A stretch of 64,000 nt of DNA from the NCBI GenBank assembly GCA_951406725.2, contig OX597820.1:65534001-65598000 (forward strand). Reading direction: 5' to 3'. The notes below the pieces were generated by a model that had not been told where the DNA came from, did not search any database, and saw only the letters and a program-made list of their open reading frames with translations. This DNA comes from Octopus vulgaris. Taxonomy: Eukaryota. Position numbers and translations under genes: made by a program. Within the stretch, counting starts at the first letter, position 1. Every line of letters begins with the position of its first letter. Shown piece after piece: positions 11,743-24,803 of this stretch.

Positions 11743-12624
11743 GTATATCTACCAGTCTGTCTACCTGTCTTTATCAGTATATCTATGTGTGGGTCTATTT
11801 TTATATCCTTATATCCCACCGGGTGATAGACGTCCTTTGCCAGACCATTAATACTTTTAATAACGTCTGTTCATCACAGCAATATTTCCTTACGTCGGAA
11901 ACAGCATCAACGGGAATATCATCATCTCGAAGAACAACATCGACAGTACCTCCGCCATCACCAACGCAAAAGCAAATACATCATCATCATCATAACTACC
12001 ATCAGCATTATCACTGACAACAATAACAACAACTGCAGTGACAACATCCCATTCTTCACAGTAAAAGCACCAAAAACAACACCGAAGATAATACCATTAG
12101 ATGTAGTTTCATTTATAACCGAAAGCAGTAACAACATCAACGGTAACAACTATGTCAGCGTTCAACTAATAATAGTAATAGCATCAACAACAATAACATC
12201 ATTGATAACACCATTAGCGGTACTAAGACGAATTACCAAACAAATATTTAAAGAAGAGGAAAACAAAACAAAAAAAGACATCGCCATTATGAAACCTAAG
12301 AGAGAAACCTTTTCCTCGTTAGCTCAACCTACAAGAAATATTAACAACTAAATATCTCTCAAACCACACCACATCGTGTTAACTAACAATACAAGATGGC
12401 TACTGAAGATAATGTAGTCCAAGGTAATGTTAGTCGTGACTCTAAAGAAAACGTGATGGTCATGGATGGAATGTCTTTGTCGTCGTAGGATGATTTTTTT
12501 TATTTTTCAGTCATGTCTGACGAACGAATACAAGCAACAACATGAGCGGTGTGGTGTATTACTCTACCGTCACCAACAACGCCCACGGCCTAGCGCTAAA
12601 TGCGAAGTACAGTAACTGCTGCTG

Positions 12625-12699
<75 letters not shown>

Positions 12700-13611
12700 G
12701 GCAGCAAACAGCAAGAAACACTGCAACCTTTCAGATATTTTTAAGAACGCAGCATCAGCGGAAGATGTCAGATGAAAGGAAGAGCCATGGAGATGTTCAA
12801 AGTTCGCGGCGGCGGTTCTCATAATGATCTTTAAATATAAATATCAACCATAATCTGACATTGAATTTTTCTTCTTTTTCTTTTTTTTTTTTTCGACTGG
12901 GCATGCGGCCAAGGTTTGCAAATGGAAATACGACTGTAGTTTAAGCTAAATGAATCACATGTTACTACTATTGATATTTGATTTATCGACCAACCGACCC
13001 GAAATGGTAAAAAGAAGCCATTGTTGCCCCAAACAGAATATTAACTTATAGAAATATGAGAGGCTATGCACACTGGATGTTGTAGTTTTTTCTGTTGTTG
13101 CTGCTGTTGTTTTTGTTGTTGTTGTTGTTGTTTTTGTTGGGGTAATTGTGGTGATGGTGGTTTTGGTGTTGTTGTTGGTGGTGGTGGTGGTGGTGTTGCT
13201 GTTTAGCGTCCAGATCAACTGAGAACGACCAGTCGTTTAGTCAAAGTTATTCCAATAACGCCACCACTCCATCTTCATAAGAAGGAATGATAAAAACCAT
13301 TGAAGATCCAAGCAGTATATTAACATACAGAAATATGAGGAAACACAGCCCTATTCTACTATTGTCCATATTGTAGTTTTTTTAGCTTCGTATCAACCAA
13401 AATGGAGTAGATTTATGATTAAAAATTCTAGTTCTGGCTATTTCCTTTATTAAGGGAATGATAAAAGCCATTGATGGTCCACACGACATTTATATATGAA
13501 TATATGAGGGTACACATATATTTTCTCTTGTAATTAAGAACTTACATAAGCCATAAATTTAAAAGCGTACTACAAGTGACCATCCCCTCTGAAGGCAAAT
13601 AATGGTGGCAA

Positions 13612-13825
13612 ATTTTGGTACAAGGCCAGCAATTTTAGGGGAAGAGAATAGTTGATTATATTGACCCCTATATCTGACTGTATTTTTTGTTTATCTCATC
13701 GCTTCCGAAAGGAGGAAAAGCGATGGCCGACATCGGCAGAATTTAAGCTCGGAGTGCTAAGAGCCGGAAGAAATGCCGCTATATATCTTGTCCAACACGT
13801 TAAGAATTATGTTAGCTTGCCACCT
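13612..13825 (-). mobile_element. SINE family C, degenerate
   Basis: Reverse-complement similarity to 29561-29775. Confidence 0.55.
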
Positions 13826-14289
13826 TAAGAGAAAGAATAATTGCCATTATTGGCTCTACAAAATGGGAAGTATAAAACTATAAAGGAACACATATATTCT
13901 TATTCTATATTTGCTCATTTTGTTTAACACCAAGTCAAACCGAATCAAGGAAACCTATGATGAGAAACATTACAAACACATTACCTGATATATATTTACC
14001 TTATTAAAGACATCAACGTGTATTTTGAGATTTGACTATTATGTCTCAGATGAAGTAACCACGTTGATACGATTTGGTCATTGCAACACTTTTCAGTAAT
14101 ACACCAATGCCGTTGTTGTTGCGACATCAATATCTCTGTCCCAATGTGAACCCCGATTAAGTAAATGCATGCTTAAAGATTTTCCAACCGTGACAGTCCT
14201 GTCTCTATTGGATTTTGATCACTTTGTTTTGTTTTTGTTTTTCTTTGCGTGGGGCAATTTTAAGAGGGATACTGCAAAAAATTATCAGC

Positions 14290-14470
14290 TCTCTGGACAA
14301 AATGCTTAGCGGCCGTCTTTATGTTCTGAGTTCAAATTCCGTGAGATTGTTGACTCTGCCTTTCACCCTTTCGGGATCGATAAAATAAGTACCAGTTGAG
14401 TACTGGGATCAATGCAATCGACTTATCCCCACTTCCGAAATTACTGGCCTTGTGCCAAAATTTGAAACCA
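14290..14470 (+). mobile_element. SINE family C
   Basis: GTTCTGAGTTCAAATTCC...GCCTTTCACCCTTTCGGGATCGATAAAATAAGTACCAG...GGCCTTGTGCCAAAATTTGAAACC. Confidence 0.7.
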
Positions 14471-14941
14471 ACAATTATGGGATAATTTTTAGGCTATTTG
14501 CCGCAAGTCGATCCACCACGTAAGGACACCCTTTTTCGCCTCCTTCTTAAAAGAATGCTTCTTGTAGCAAATGCAGTTGTAAGCTAATTCTCCTTCTCTT
14601 TAATTGATACGCTTGTGTGTGTATACATATGTATATACATACGCACACATACACACATATACACACGCACACATATATATAAAGATGTATATATGCCTAT
14701 AGATATACATGTAAAGAAATCTATACACACACATGCACACACATACACTCACACACATACACACACACACATATATATATATATATACATAAACATGTAA
14801 TATGAATATAGACAAACATAAATAAATTTATACACACATCTCCACGCACACACGCATATATAAACATGTATATATGCATATAGATATACATATAAATAAA
14901 TTTATACACACACATACACACACACACACATATACGTAACT

Positions 14942-15128
14942 GGCACTCCGTCGCTTACGACGACGAGGGTTTCATTGATCCAATCACGAGAACAAACTGC
15001 TCGTAAAACTAACTTGCAAGTGGATGAGAACACCACAGACACGTGTAGCCTTAACGTAGTTCTTAGGAAGATTCGGCGAGACGCGGAATGCGACAGGGCT
15101 GGCCCATTTGAAGTACAGGCAAAACTCA
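14942..15128 (-). mobile_element. SINE family B, 3' half
   Basis: Reverse complement of the 8450-8630 body and tail. Confidence 0.7.
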
Positions 15129-15179
15129 TTCTTTTCAGTGGTACCTATAAACACACGCACATGTACACCACACATTATA

Positions 15180-15693
15180 TGTTGAGTCCATAGAATAGGA
15201 TTTGACTACACCTACATTTAGAGCATAGTTTAAGCTATCTTTTCGTAGAAGAAGGTTTATGTTCCTTTAACCTGTGTTAATTCTGTAACCCTTTAAAATG
15301 GAAGATAAGAAAGTTCATTTTCGGCACTTGATGCTTTTTTTTTCCGTAAAGGTAAAAATGCCTCACAAGCAACCAAAGAAATATGCGCAGTTTACGGTGA
15401 TGTTTCTTTACACGAAAGAACTGTACGGAAGTGGTTCGCAAGGTTCCGAGCTGGAGATTGTAGCCTTATTGATAAAGATCGATCAGGCAGATAGATCATC
15501 CACTACAGATGATGACCAAATCAAGTCATTAATGGAGAATAACCCACATAGCATAACTCGAGAATTGGTAGAAAGCCTCAACCTATCAAAATCCGTCGTT
15601 CATGAGCATCTGGCAAATCTTGGGTAATGGTAAGTATTTGTTGACCTTTTTCTTTCCTTTAAATATCGGCACGAACTTTCCGGCCAACCCAAT
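15180..15693 (+). mobile_element. Internally deleted mariner transposon with frameshifted transposase N-terminus
   Basis: Joined frames read MEDKKVHFRHLMLFF/RKGKNASQATKEICAVYGD..ERTVRKWFARFRAGD..L.DKDRSGR/TTDDDQIKSLMENNPHSITRELVESLNLSKSVVHEHL. Right TIR-like GAACTTTCCGGCCAACCCAATA. The left boundary is approximate. Confidence 0.8.
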
Positions 15694-16849
15694 AGAACAA
15701 GACAACTTTTGGGTTCTGGATGTGTGGTTCCTCCCAGAATTTGAGTTTTATTTTAGGGAGCGCTTCGACAGATAGTTATTCATCTGTCCTCCATAATTTG
15801 TTCAAAATCGAGGCCAATGTACAGGTTGAACCCACCTTTATAGGATCTAGACACAGCTTGTGATTCCTAAATTATTGACTTACAGTATTCTAGCTTCCAC
15901 AACTTTAGCTTTGCAAAGTTTCTATTTCCTATCTCTTAGTTTTGTCTTGTTTATAATTCCCCTTTTTACTTTTTATTTCGAACCTTAAATACTTGTTTAA
16001 TGTTGTTTCATGGGGACAACCTTCAATATGAAGCTGTATGTATTTACTGGCGATCCACACAAGGATTTTAATGACGTTTTATACAATCTACAGATTTTAT
16101 TGTCATGTTTCACCAACGATAAAATCTTTCTTGCCTTCCTATGTTACGGAAGTTAAAATAACATGCTTTGCAAATGTCAGATTTTCATGTATTTTCATGT
16201 CTTTTCTCAACGTAATGAAGTATTCCTAGCTATGAATACTGTCCATTCTGAGGTTTTAAACTTCACCAAGGTGAATATTAAACTGCCTTCTCTCACTGCT
16301 ACTGCAGGTTCCGTTTCATGTTCATCTGAGCTTTAAATCCTCATTCTATTTGCTTTACGCTGCAAATAAAGACACCATATAAGAAAATAAAAACGAAAAC
16401 AATAAACAAAGCGTTCAGGAAAATAATTATATCGTGGTACAGTCATGATAGCCTTTCAAAACAAAGGTATAACGTATTATTTACTTTGCTTATATTTAGT
16501 GAGTAAATTATATAATTATAGAATGTCAAAAACGTTTGTCGCACATCTAGGACCATGTCACATGCAACAGAATAGAATCTCGGTAATCCCAGTGTAGATG
16601 TATGACAAAATACGTTGATATTTATGGCATAGAATACTATCACAAAATATAAGTGAACAAGAACCTAAGCGTATATGTTACTGCTTCATTTTCAATGTAT
16701 GTCGTGATATCAAGTCTTCTGACGGACAAAGCGGTGGCAGTCGCTCTTCCAATCAAACCCAGGAGATTATTATTTTTCTTTTCTAGTTTTGGGACTACAG
16801 CTATGATAGGGCACCGCTTGGAAGGCTTTAGTCTGACAAAATTCTTTTA

Positions 16850-17080
16850 TTCTTATATTCTTTTATTCGTTTCAGTCAATTGACTACGGCCATCCTGGAG
16901 CACCGCCTGTAGTCGAGCAAATCACCCATAAGACTTATCATTTATAAACCTAGTACTTATTCTCTCGATCACTTTTGCCGAACCGCTAGGTTACGGGGAC
17001 GTAAACGCACCAGCACCAGTCATTAAGCTATGTTGGGGCGGGTGGGGAAAACACAGACACATAAACATACACACATACAT

Positions 17081-17154
<74 letters not shown>

Positions 17155-17287
17155 GACGGGCTTCTTTCAGTTTCCGTCGGCCCGAGGCTATAGTAGAGGA
17201 CACTTGCCCAAGGTGCCACACAGTGGGACTGGACCTGGAACCATGTAGTTGGTCAGCTAGCTATTTACCACACAGCCACTCCTGCAC
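16850..17287 (-). mobile_element. tRNA-derived SINE, family A (internal CA/TA microsatellite)
   Basis: Shares the body TTTCAGTC..TTGACT.CGGCCAT.CTGGAGCACCGCC and the head CCACACAGCCACTCCTGC with the other family A copies. Confidence 0.85.
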
Positions 17288-17489
17288 ATCAGTACTTATT
17301 TTGTTTGTAAGTCTGACACTTATTCAAACGAATCTTTTGCTTGAACGAAAACAAATCGACACCGGTTGTCAAGCAATGGTGGAAGACATACACAAACGCG
17401 CGCGTATATATGTGTGTGTGGGGGGTTTAGGAGATTCCACACAGTTTCTTATTTCTTTACTGCCCATAATGGGTTACACACAAATGGGA

Positions 17490-17675
17490 TAAAGAAGGAC
17501 AGACAAACGGATTAAGTCGATTATATTGACGCCAGTACATAGCTGGTGCTTATTCAATCGATCCACAAAGGATGAAAGGCAAAGTAGACCTCGGTAGAAT
17601 TTGAACTCAGAATGTAGCGGCAGACGAAATATCACTAAGTATTTCGCCCGGCGTGCTAACATTTCTGCCAGCTTC
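17490..17675 (-). mobile_element. SINE family C fragment
   Basis: Matches a unit of the 42.1-42.9 kb array (GGACAGACAAACGGATTAAGTCGATT...GAACTCAGAA..TAGCGGCAGACGAAATA). Confidence 0.75.
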
Positions 17676-18165
17676 CACACAGTTCCTGTCTACCAAATAC
17701 ACATACATGGTATAGATCGACCTGGGACTATAGGAGAACTGCGAAGTACAACTGAACTCGAAAGCAAGTGGTTGCAATGCGAGCTACTTAACCTCACAGT
17801 CGTGGCTATCGGTCATCACTCCAAAGTGTCGACGTTTCTCGATGAGGGAGTGGAATGTAAACGTAGAATGCGAAGAGCCAAGACAGATACAGCAAAGGAA
17901 TTCCTTCCGACGTTCTAACAATTTCACCAAAAAACCGCCCTGAACTGGGACAATTTTTACATCAACCTCGAAAGGATGAAAATGAAATTTGACTTAGGAA
18001 CATAGCGAGTTGAAGCAAATATCTCCAAGTATAATGTATCCATAGCCTTGTTGGATTTATAGAATCCTAATATGCTGAAAATCATTATAATCATTAATTT
18101 CATTGGAAAACAGAACAAGGAACAGAGAAGGTCCCTTCATCAGCTGTCAGTTGTCTATATGTATG

Positions 18166-18314
<149 letters not shown>

Positions 18315-18776
18315 ATATATATACTTTATTTAAAAACACCAGAAATTCAACAAAAAATTTTAACAAAATTGTCCAACGAACGGGAACGTGAAACTCCGAG
18401 TAACAGGTTTTGTTGAATTTTTGCTGCTTTTAAATAAAGCATATTACTCTACCACTGGTATTTGAGTACCCTTTTATTCCACCTTGTTTCACATTTATGT
18501 GTTTGCTCCGGTATATATATATATTAATTATAAATTAATCAGCCGAAATTGCGAAGATGATCCTGTTCTTGACTGATGATCGAAGGCTTCGAATGTCCCG
18601 TCCGTTTTTTTTTTTTGTATCGTCTTCTAAATTTTTGGCGTTCTTGTCCCAGTTTGTGTTTTTTTTACATTTACCTATATATATATATATATATGCGCAG
18701 TGATCTGATTAGTTAGAAAGAGCAAATCAGTAGACGCACATGTGTCTATCGAGGTGCGATCTCATAATAACAGGAA

Positions 18777-18849
18777 TCTTACTGAAGAGCCTACCTGAGT
18801 AAATAAATATTATTTTTATTGCTGAAATAGGCGAAACTGCAGTCTAAGA
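18777..18849 (+). ncRNA. Type I hammerhead ribozyme, unit 1 (predicted cleavage after GUC at 18844)
   Basis: TCTTA-CTGAAGA-GCCTA...TAGGC-GAAA-CTGCAG-TC-TAAGA. Perfect stems I and II, palindromic stem III ACTGCAGT. Confidence 0.92.
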
Positions 18850-19177
18850 AGAACCGAGTTAGTAAAAGTTTTTATTTTCATTTCACTAAATTTATCAAGC
18901 TTCTGTGTATCTAGTACATACTTCGCCCTTTAATGCACTTATATATGAATAATATATGGCCTGTGCTAGAAACACCAGCGATAATAATTAATTTTATTTT
19001 ATCGCATTCTGACTTTGTTTAGATATTTCTCGATAAATTTTGAGCGTTAGACTATATACCAGAAATCCCTAGTTTGTCGGGTACGTTCTGCGTCTGCGCA
19101 GTGATCTGATTAGTTAGAAAGAGCAAATCAGTAGACGCACATGTGTCTATCGAGGTGCGATCTCATAATAACAGGAA

Positions 19178-19250
19178 TCTTACTGAAGAGCCTACCTGAG
19201 TAAATAAATATTATTTTTATTGCTGAAATAGGCGAAACTGCAGTCTAAGA
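19178..19250 (+). ncRNA. Type I hammerhead ribozyme, unit 2 (cleavage after 19245)
   Basis: Identical to unit 1. Confidence 0.92.
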
Positions 19251-19578
19251 AGAACCGAGTTAGTAAAAGTTTTTATTTTCATTTCACTAAATTTATCAAG
19301 CTTCTGTGTATCTAGTACATACTTCGCCCTTTAATGCACTTATATATGAATAATATATGGCCTGTGCTAGAAACACCAGCGATAATAATTAATTTTATTT
19401 TATCGCATTCTGACTTTGTTTAGATATTTCTCGATACATTTTGAGCGTTAGACTATATACCAGAAATCCCTAGTTTGTCGGGTACGTTCTGCGTCTGCGC
19501 AGTGATCTGATTAGTTAGAAAGAGCAAATCAGTAGACGCACATGTGTCTATCGAGGTGCGATCTCATAATAACAGGAA

Positions 19579-19651
19579 TCTTACTGAAGAGCCTACCTGA
19601 GTAAATAAATATTATTTTTATTGCTGAAATAGGCGAAACTGCAGTCTAAGA
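19579..19651 (+). ncRNA. Type I hammerhead ribozyme, unit 3 (cleavage after 19646)
   Basis: Identical to unit 1. Confidence 0.92.
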
Positions 19652-19818
19652 AGAACCGAGTTAGTAAAAGTTTTTATTTTCATTTCACTAAATTTATCAA
19701 GCTTCTGTGTATCTAGTACATACTTCGCCCTTTAATGCACTGATATATGAATAATATATGGCCTGTGCTAGAAACACCAGCGATAATAATTAATTTTATT
19801 TTATCGCATTCTGACTTT

Positions 19819-19861
<43 letters not shown>

Positions 19862-19862
<1 letters not shown>

Positions 19863-20087
19863 TCTTTTGTTTCTGTTATTTGTTTCAGTCAATTGACTGC
19901 AGCCATGCTGGAGTACCGCCTTTAGACGCACAAATCGACCCCATGACTTATTCTTTGTAAGCGTGTACTTATTTTATTGGTGTCTTATGCCGAACCGGTA
20001 AGTTATGGGGACGTAAACACACTGACATCTGTTGTCAAGTGATGTTGGGGAAATAAACAAGACACATAAACATACACATACACACAG

Positions 20088-20149
<62 letters not shown>

Positions 20150-20308
20150 GACAGACTTCTTTCAGTTTCAGTCTAACAAATCCTTTCATAACGATTTTGT
20201 CGGACCGAGGCTATAGTAGAAGACACTTACCCAAGGTGGTACGGAGTGGGATGAAAACCCGGAATCTTGTGGTCAGTCAGTAAGCTTTGTACCACAAAAC
20301 CACTCCTG
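19862..20308 (-). mobile_element. SINE family A
   Basis: Same body and head as the other family A copies, moderately diverged. Confidence 0.8.
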
Positions 20309-20642
20309 AGAGTGAGAGGGAGAGAGAGAGAGAGAGATATCTGCGCACATTAATATACATATATATATATATATATATTCATACACACACACAAGCATAT
20401 ACACATTTATACATATTCGTATATGTATATATGAATATACGTGTGCGCGGACATAAGCATATAGGGACATATATGCACTCACACGCGCACACGCACACGC
20501 ATACACACACACAGATGTATGATGAACTTCCGTACAGTTTGTGTCAGCCATATTTTGCCCAGAAATCTTTAGTTCAACCCATTTGTTTTTGTCGTTGCTC
20601 TGGTTATCACCATCGTCGTTTTTGTTGTTGATTTTTTGTTCT

Positions 20643-20673
<31 letters not shown>

Positions 20674-20889
20674 ATTATTGTTATTTTTATTGTTGTTGTT
20701 GTTGTTGTTGTTGTTCTACTATTAGATATCGCTTGGGAATATTTCGTTTTTATCTTCTCGAAAATAGAATTGAAAATCCTAAGTGACATGAGATATCCGA
20801 GTGATGAGATCAGTTGCTCATCAGATATACAGTAGATGCCTGCTTCAACGTTTCACCCACTGGTAATATATTAATGATTTTCATATGCT

Positions 20890-20911
20890 AATGATGTCTT
20901 TGATGAGGATA

Positions 20912-20942
<31 letters not shown>

Positions 20943-20997
20943 CGAGGGTGATGACGATAATGATGACGATAAAACACCAACTACTACTACTACTACT

Positions 20998-21061
<64 letters not shown>

Positions 21062-21173
21062 TTGATGATGATGAAGATGATGATGATGATGATGATGACG
21101 ACGACGACGACGACGACGATGATGATGATGATGATGTTGATGATGATAATGATGATAAAATAATAATAATAAT

Positions 21174-21218
<45 letters not shown>

Positions 21219-21231
21219 AATAATAATAATA

Positions 21232-21274
<43 letters not shown>

Positions 21275-21300
21275 TAATAATGATAATAATAATAATAGAT
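20890..21300. repeat. Compound trinucleotide microsatellite (GAT/CTA/ACA/ATA/GAC)
   Basis: Direct reading. Confidence 0.95.
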
Positions 21301-22299
21301 ATGTTAATGATTTCTATTACTGATTTCCATAAAATAATGATTTCTAATACAGGCCGCGCGGCTATAGATTTGGTAGGTGGATGATTACAGTCGATTATAT
21401 CGACCGAATTGCTTAGTTCGAAGTACGAGGCTTAACAAAAGCAACAACAACAACAAATACAGGAATATTAATATCAGCATAAAGAAGACTTTCTACGAGA
21501 CCAACAACATTACATTGACAAAAGCCATCTACCACAATAACAATGACATCATCACCACACCACATTTTATCATGTCAGGGAGCGGCACGGACCAACCCTG
21601 TTTTTTGAAATTGCTTTCTTCAGTGGTACTGAAAATGACATTTCTATGACGTAAGCTTCAGTTGGCTGGAAACAGATTTTGGCTGAATTGACCAGATGAC
21701 AAAACTTCCTTGGTTTCTTTGGTGTTGCCATTTACCAAAATGAACCCCTCTCGACTTCACTTGCGAGGAATAAGTTTGGCATCAGTTACCATTTAAATGT
21801 TGTAAAAGGCTCGAGTCGAATACCAGACCATCCTTTGGGGGTTCCACGCTCTATTCAATATAGACAGACTCCATCATCTTTGTCTGACAAAGCAGTAAGT
21901 ATATTTACGTATTCCAGTTACGAGCAACATTGCTGAGACTTCTTTGTTTACTTGACTAACATTGCTTTTGTTTTTTTAGTTACTAATCTATCCTGGCTAA
22001 ATGGACCTATGATCAAACTTACCCAGTCGTGGCCATCCATTCTTATTTTCTGGTGTATCTAGCACTATTCTGTCTAATGTTTCCTTCTCATTTTTAAGAC
22101 ATATTTTTAACTTGAGAGACATTCAGCTTTTATTTAATAAAGGTATTGAGTTCACATAGAGAACCATGCCTTATCACGCATTCTGTGATGTTGAAGTACT
22201 TCCTGTGCTTCCTCTGCCGTAGCAAAAAGTACCATCCATCCGTCTTCATAGACAACAGTTCTTGTAAATGTCTTAGAGGCAAAGTACTGTCAACAAATA

Positions 22300-22500
22300 C
22301 ATTGGCTGAATCTACAAGCGAGACCAACCAAGGCTATGGATATTATTCAAGCATATCGCTCGTAGTCTTCTTGGTCTCCTACCGTATATTCTGTCCAAAA
22401 TAATTTTGCTTAGACACTCTATTTATACATCCTTTGTAGCGGAGCTGTGACGGATATGAAAAGTTTTGCCACAACACTTTGACTTCGTCTGTTCGGCGCC
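22300..22500 (-). pseudogene. Possible decayed 3' end of an RTE-type LINE ORF
   Basis: A minus frame reads LSKIILDRIYGRRPRRLRAICLNNI, resembling the RTE C-terminal K.IL.G...G.R.RGRPR..W.DNI motif. Confidence 0.4.
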
Positions 22501-22592
22501 ATTGAATCGTCGCTGACTTTTTTTTTTTGCATCAGAAGCTTAAACGTTTCTCTCGTTACCTTCTTTTTTCCCTTTCTCTCTGCCTCCGTCGC

Positions 22593-22664
<72 letters not shown>

Positions 22665-23517
22665 CTTCTTTCTCTATTTGCATGTGTGCGTTTATGTGCG
22701 GGAGCAAATTCATCTTTAAGCGTACCAGGAGAGGGAAAGTGTTTCTATCAATCGTATTCAATTAATAAATTGTTTTCTCACTCTTTTCCCTCTCCGTCTT
22801 CCACCTCTCTCCCGTCTCCCTCTCTCAGTATCTGTGTCTATATGTTTTTTTTCTGTGCGTGTGAATGACATGTGTGTCTGTGTGCGTGTGTTTTCCACCA
22901 GTGCCAAAAAGTGCAGTCATTAAAACAGGTTGATCATCCAGTAACACTATGCTAAATCACCAGCGGCCAAAAAGCCGCGCCGACTTGTCTCATTTTGAGC
23001 TGTCATCTCGAAGAAGGGAAATTATGACTCAAACTCGAGCGAATACCTAATTATATTATCAACTCTGCCGAATTATGATGCTGCAGAGACCATACGGATG
23101 AACCTTTTTCGGTCGACTACATCAATACGTCATCTTGTTTAACTCTACTACATGGTCCTTCAGTGCTTTCAGCGGTTGAAACCGGGTCTTGAATGCAGCA
23201 ATACCTTAATCCTTTTCTTTAACAAGGCCCGAAGGCTCTGAAAAGATTTATGATAACTACACTTCATCCTAAACAAAGATCTTAAAAAAACACATTACAC
23301 GTCCGCATACGTACATACATTACACATAGATAAAACATACAAAAGTACATACATATATATATATGCATATTTATATACATATATACACGCAGAAAGACGG
23401 ACAAATAGGCAGACATACGGACAAACAGACTATTAATCTGTTCAACTCGTACGTTTTGAAATCTAGATAAACTTGGAACTGTGATACATATACATATATA
23501 CATACATACACACACAT

Positions 23518-23567
<50 letters not shown>

Positions 23568-23610
23568 ATATATTCATATATGTATATATATATTCATATA
23601 TATATATATA

Positions 23611-23656
<46 letters not shown>

Positions 23657-23696
23657 TATATGTATATATATATATGTATATATCTATATATATCTG

Positions 23697-23740
<44 letters not shown>

Positions 23741-23827
23741 TATGTATTTATATATATATCCATATATATTTATATATATATCCATATATATTTATATATA
23801 TCCATATATATTTATATATATACACAC

Positions 23828-23924
<97 letters not shown>

Positions 23925-24569
23925 GGGAGAGAGAGAGAGGGAGATTTCTTACATACATAGACAAAGAAGGGAAAAGAGAAATGAAAGGAGGAAGAAAGAA
24001 GCGAAGAAAAGGACGGTGAGAAAGGAAAGGAGAAAGACGAGTTTCAAGATGTTTAGACTCTTCAATAACCAGGAGATCACAGGAATAGCCAACACCAACA
24101 GTAAGTATTGTTCTATAGTATTTTCTTTGTTGTTCTATTGTAGTACTTGTTCTTTTGTCTCCTTATTCGTGTACTCTACATTTTGTTGTGATTCTTCTAT
24201 ATAATGACAATAAATTGAATTATTCCTTATTTCTACCAAACATCTGCTACATTTTCTTCTCTTTGCTTTCGCTGGTCTTTTCTTTCTTTCTTTCTTTCAT
24301 CGTTTGTTTGTTTGGTTAACATACATAAATACATATACGTATACGTACGTATATTCGTGGCTGTGTTTTTCTCTAAGTGTGTGTGTGTGTGTGTGTTTGT
24401 GCATGTGTGTGTATGTGTGTGTGTGTGTTGTATGAGTCATCGTTCTTGTCCGTTATACGTACACACATATGCACATATGCCTATAAAGTGTGTATGTATG
24501 TATATATATGCACTCATATATATATATTTATATACGTATATATATACACACACATATATATATATATAT

Positions 24570-24657
<88 letters not shown>

Positions 24658-24729
24658 ATCTCATATTTGAATATAAATAGTTAGTATATTTGTTTATATA
24701 TATATGTATATATATACACATAAATATAT

Positions 24730-24803
<74 letters not shown>

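Larger units (their letters stand above)
18694..19823 (+). mobile_element. Tandem array of 401-bp units (2.8 copies), each with a hammerhead ribozyme: non-LTR retrozyme-like element
   Basis: GCGCAGTGATCTG at 18695, 19096 and 19497. Copies differ at only a couple of positions by eye. No ORF of 60 aa or more. (TA)n on both sides. Confidence 0.9.

Noticed and set aside
21560-21900. Complex sequence ending in a splice-donor-like CAGTAAGT as a possible exon
   Set aside because: The frames I checked contain stops and no recognisable protein. It cannot be supported without transcript data.
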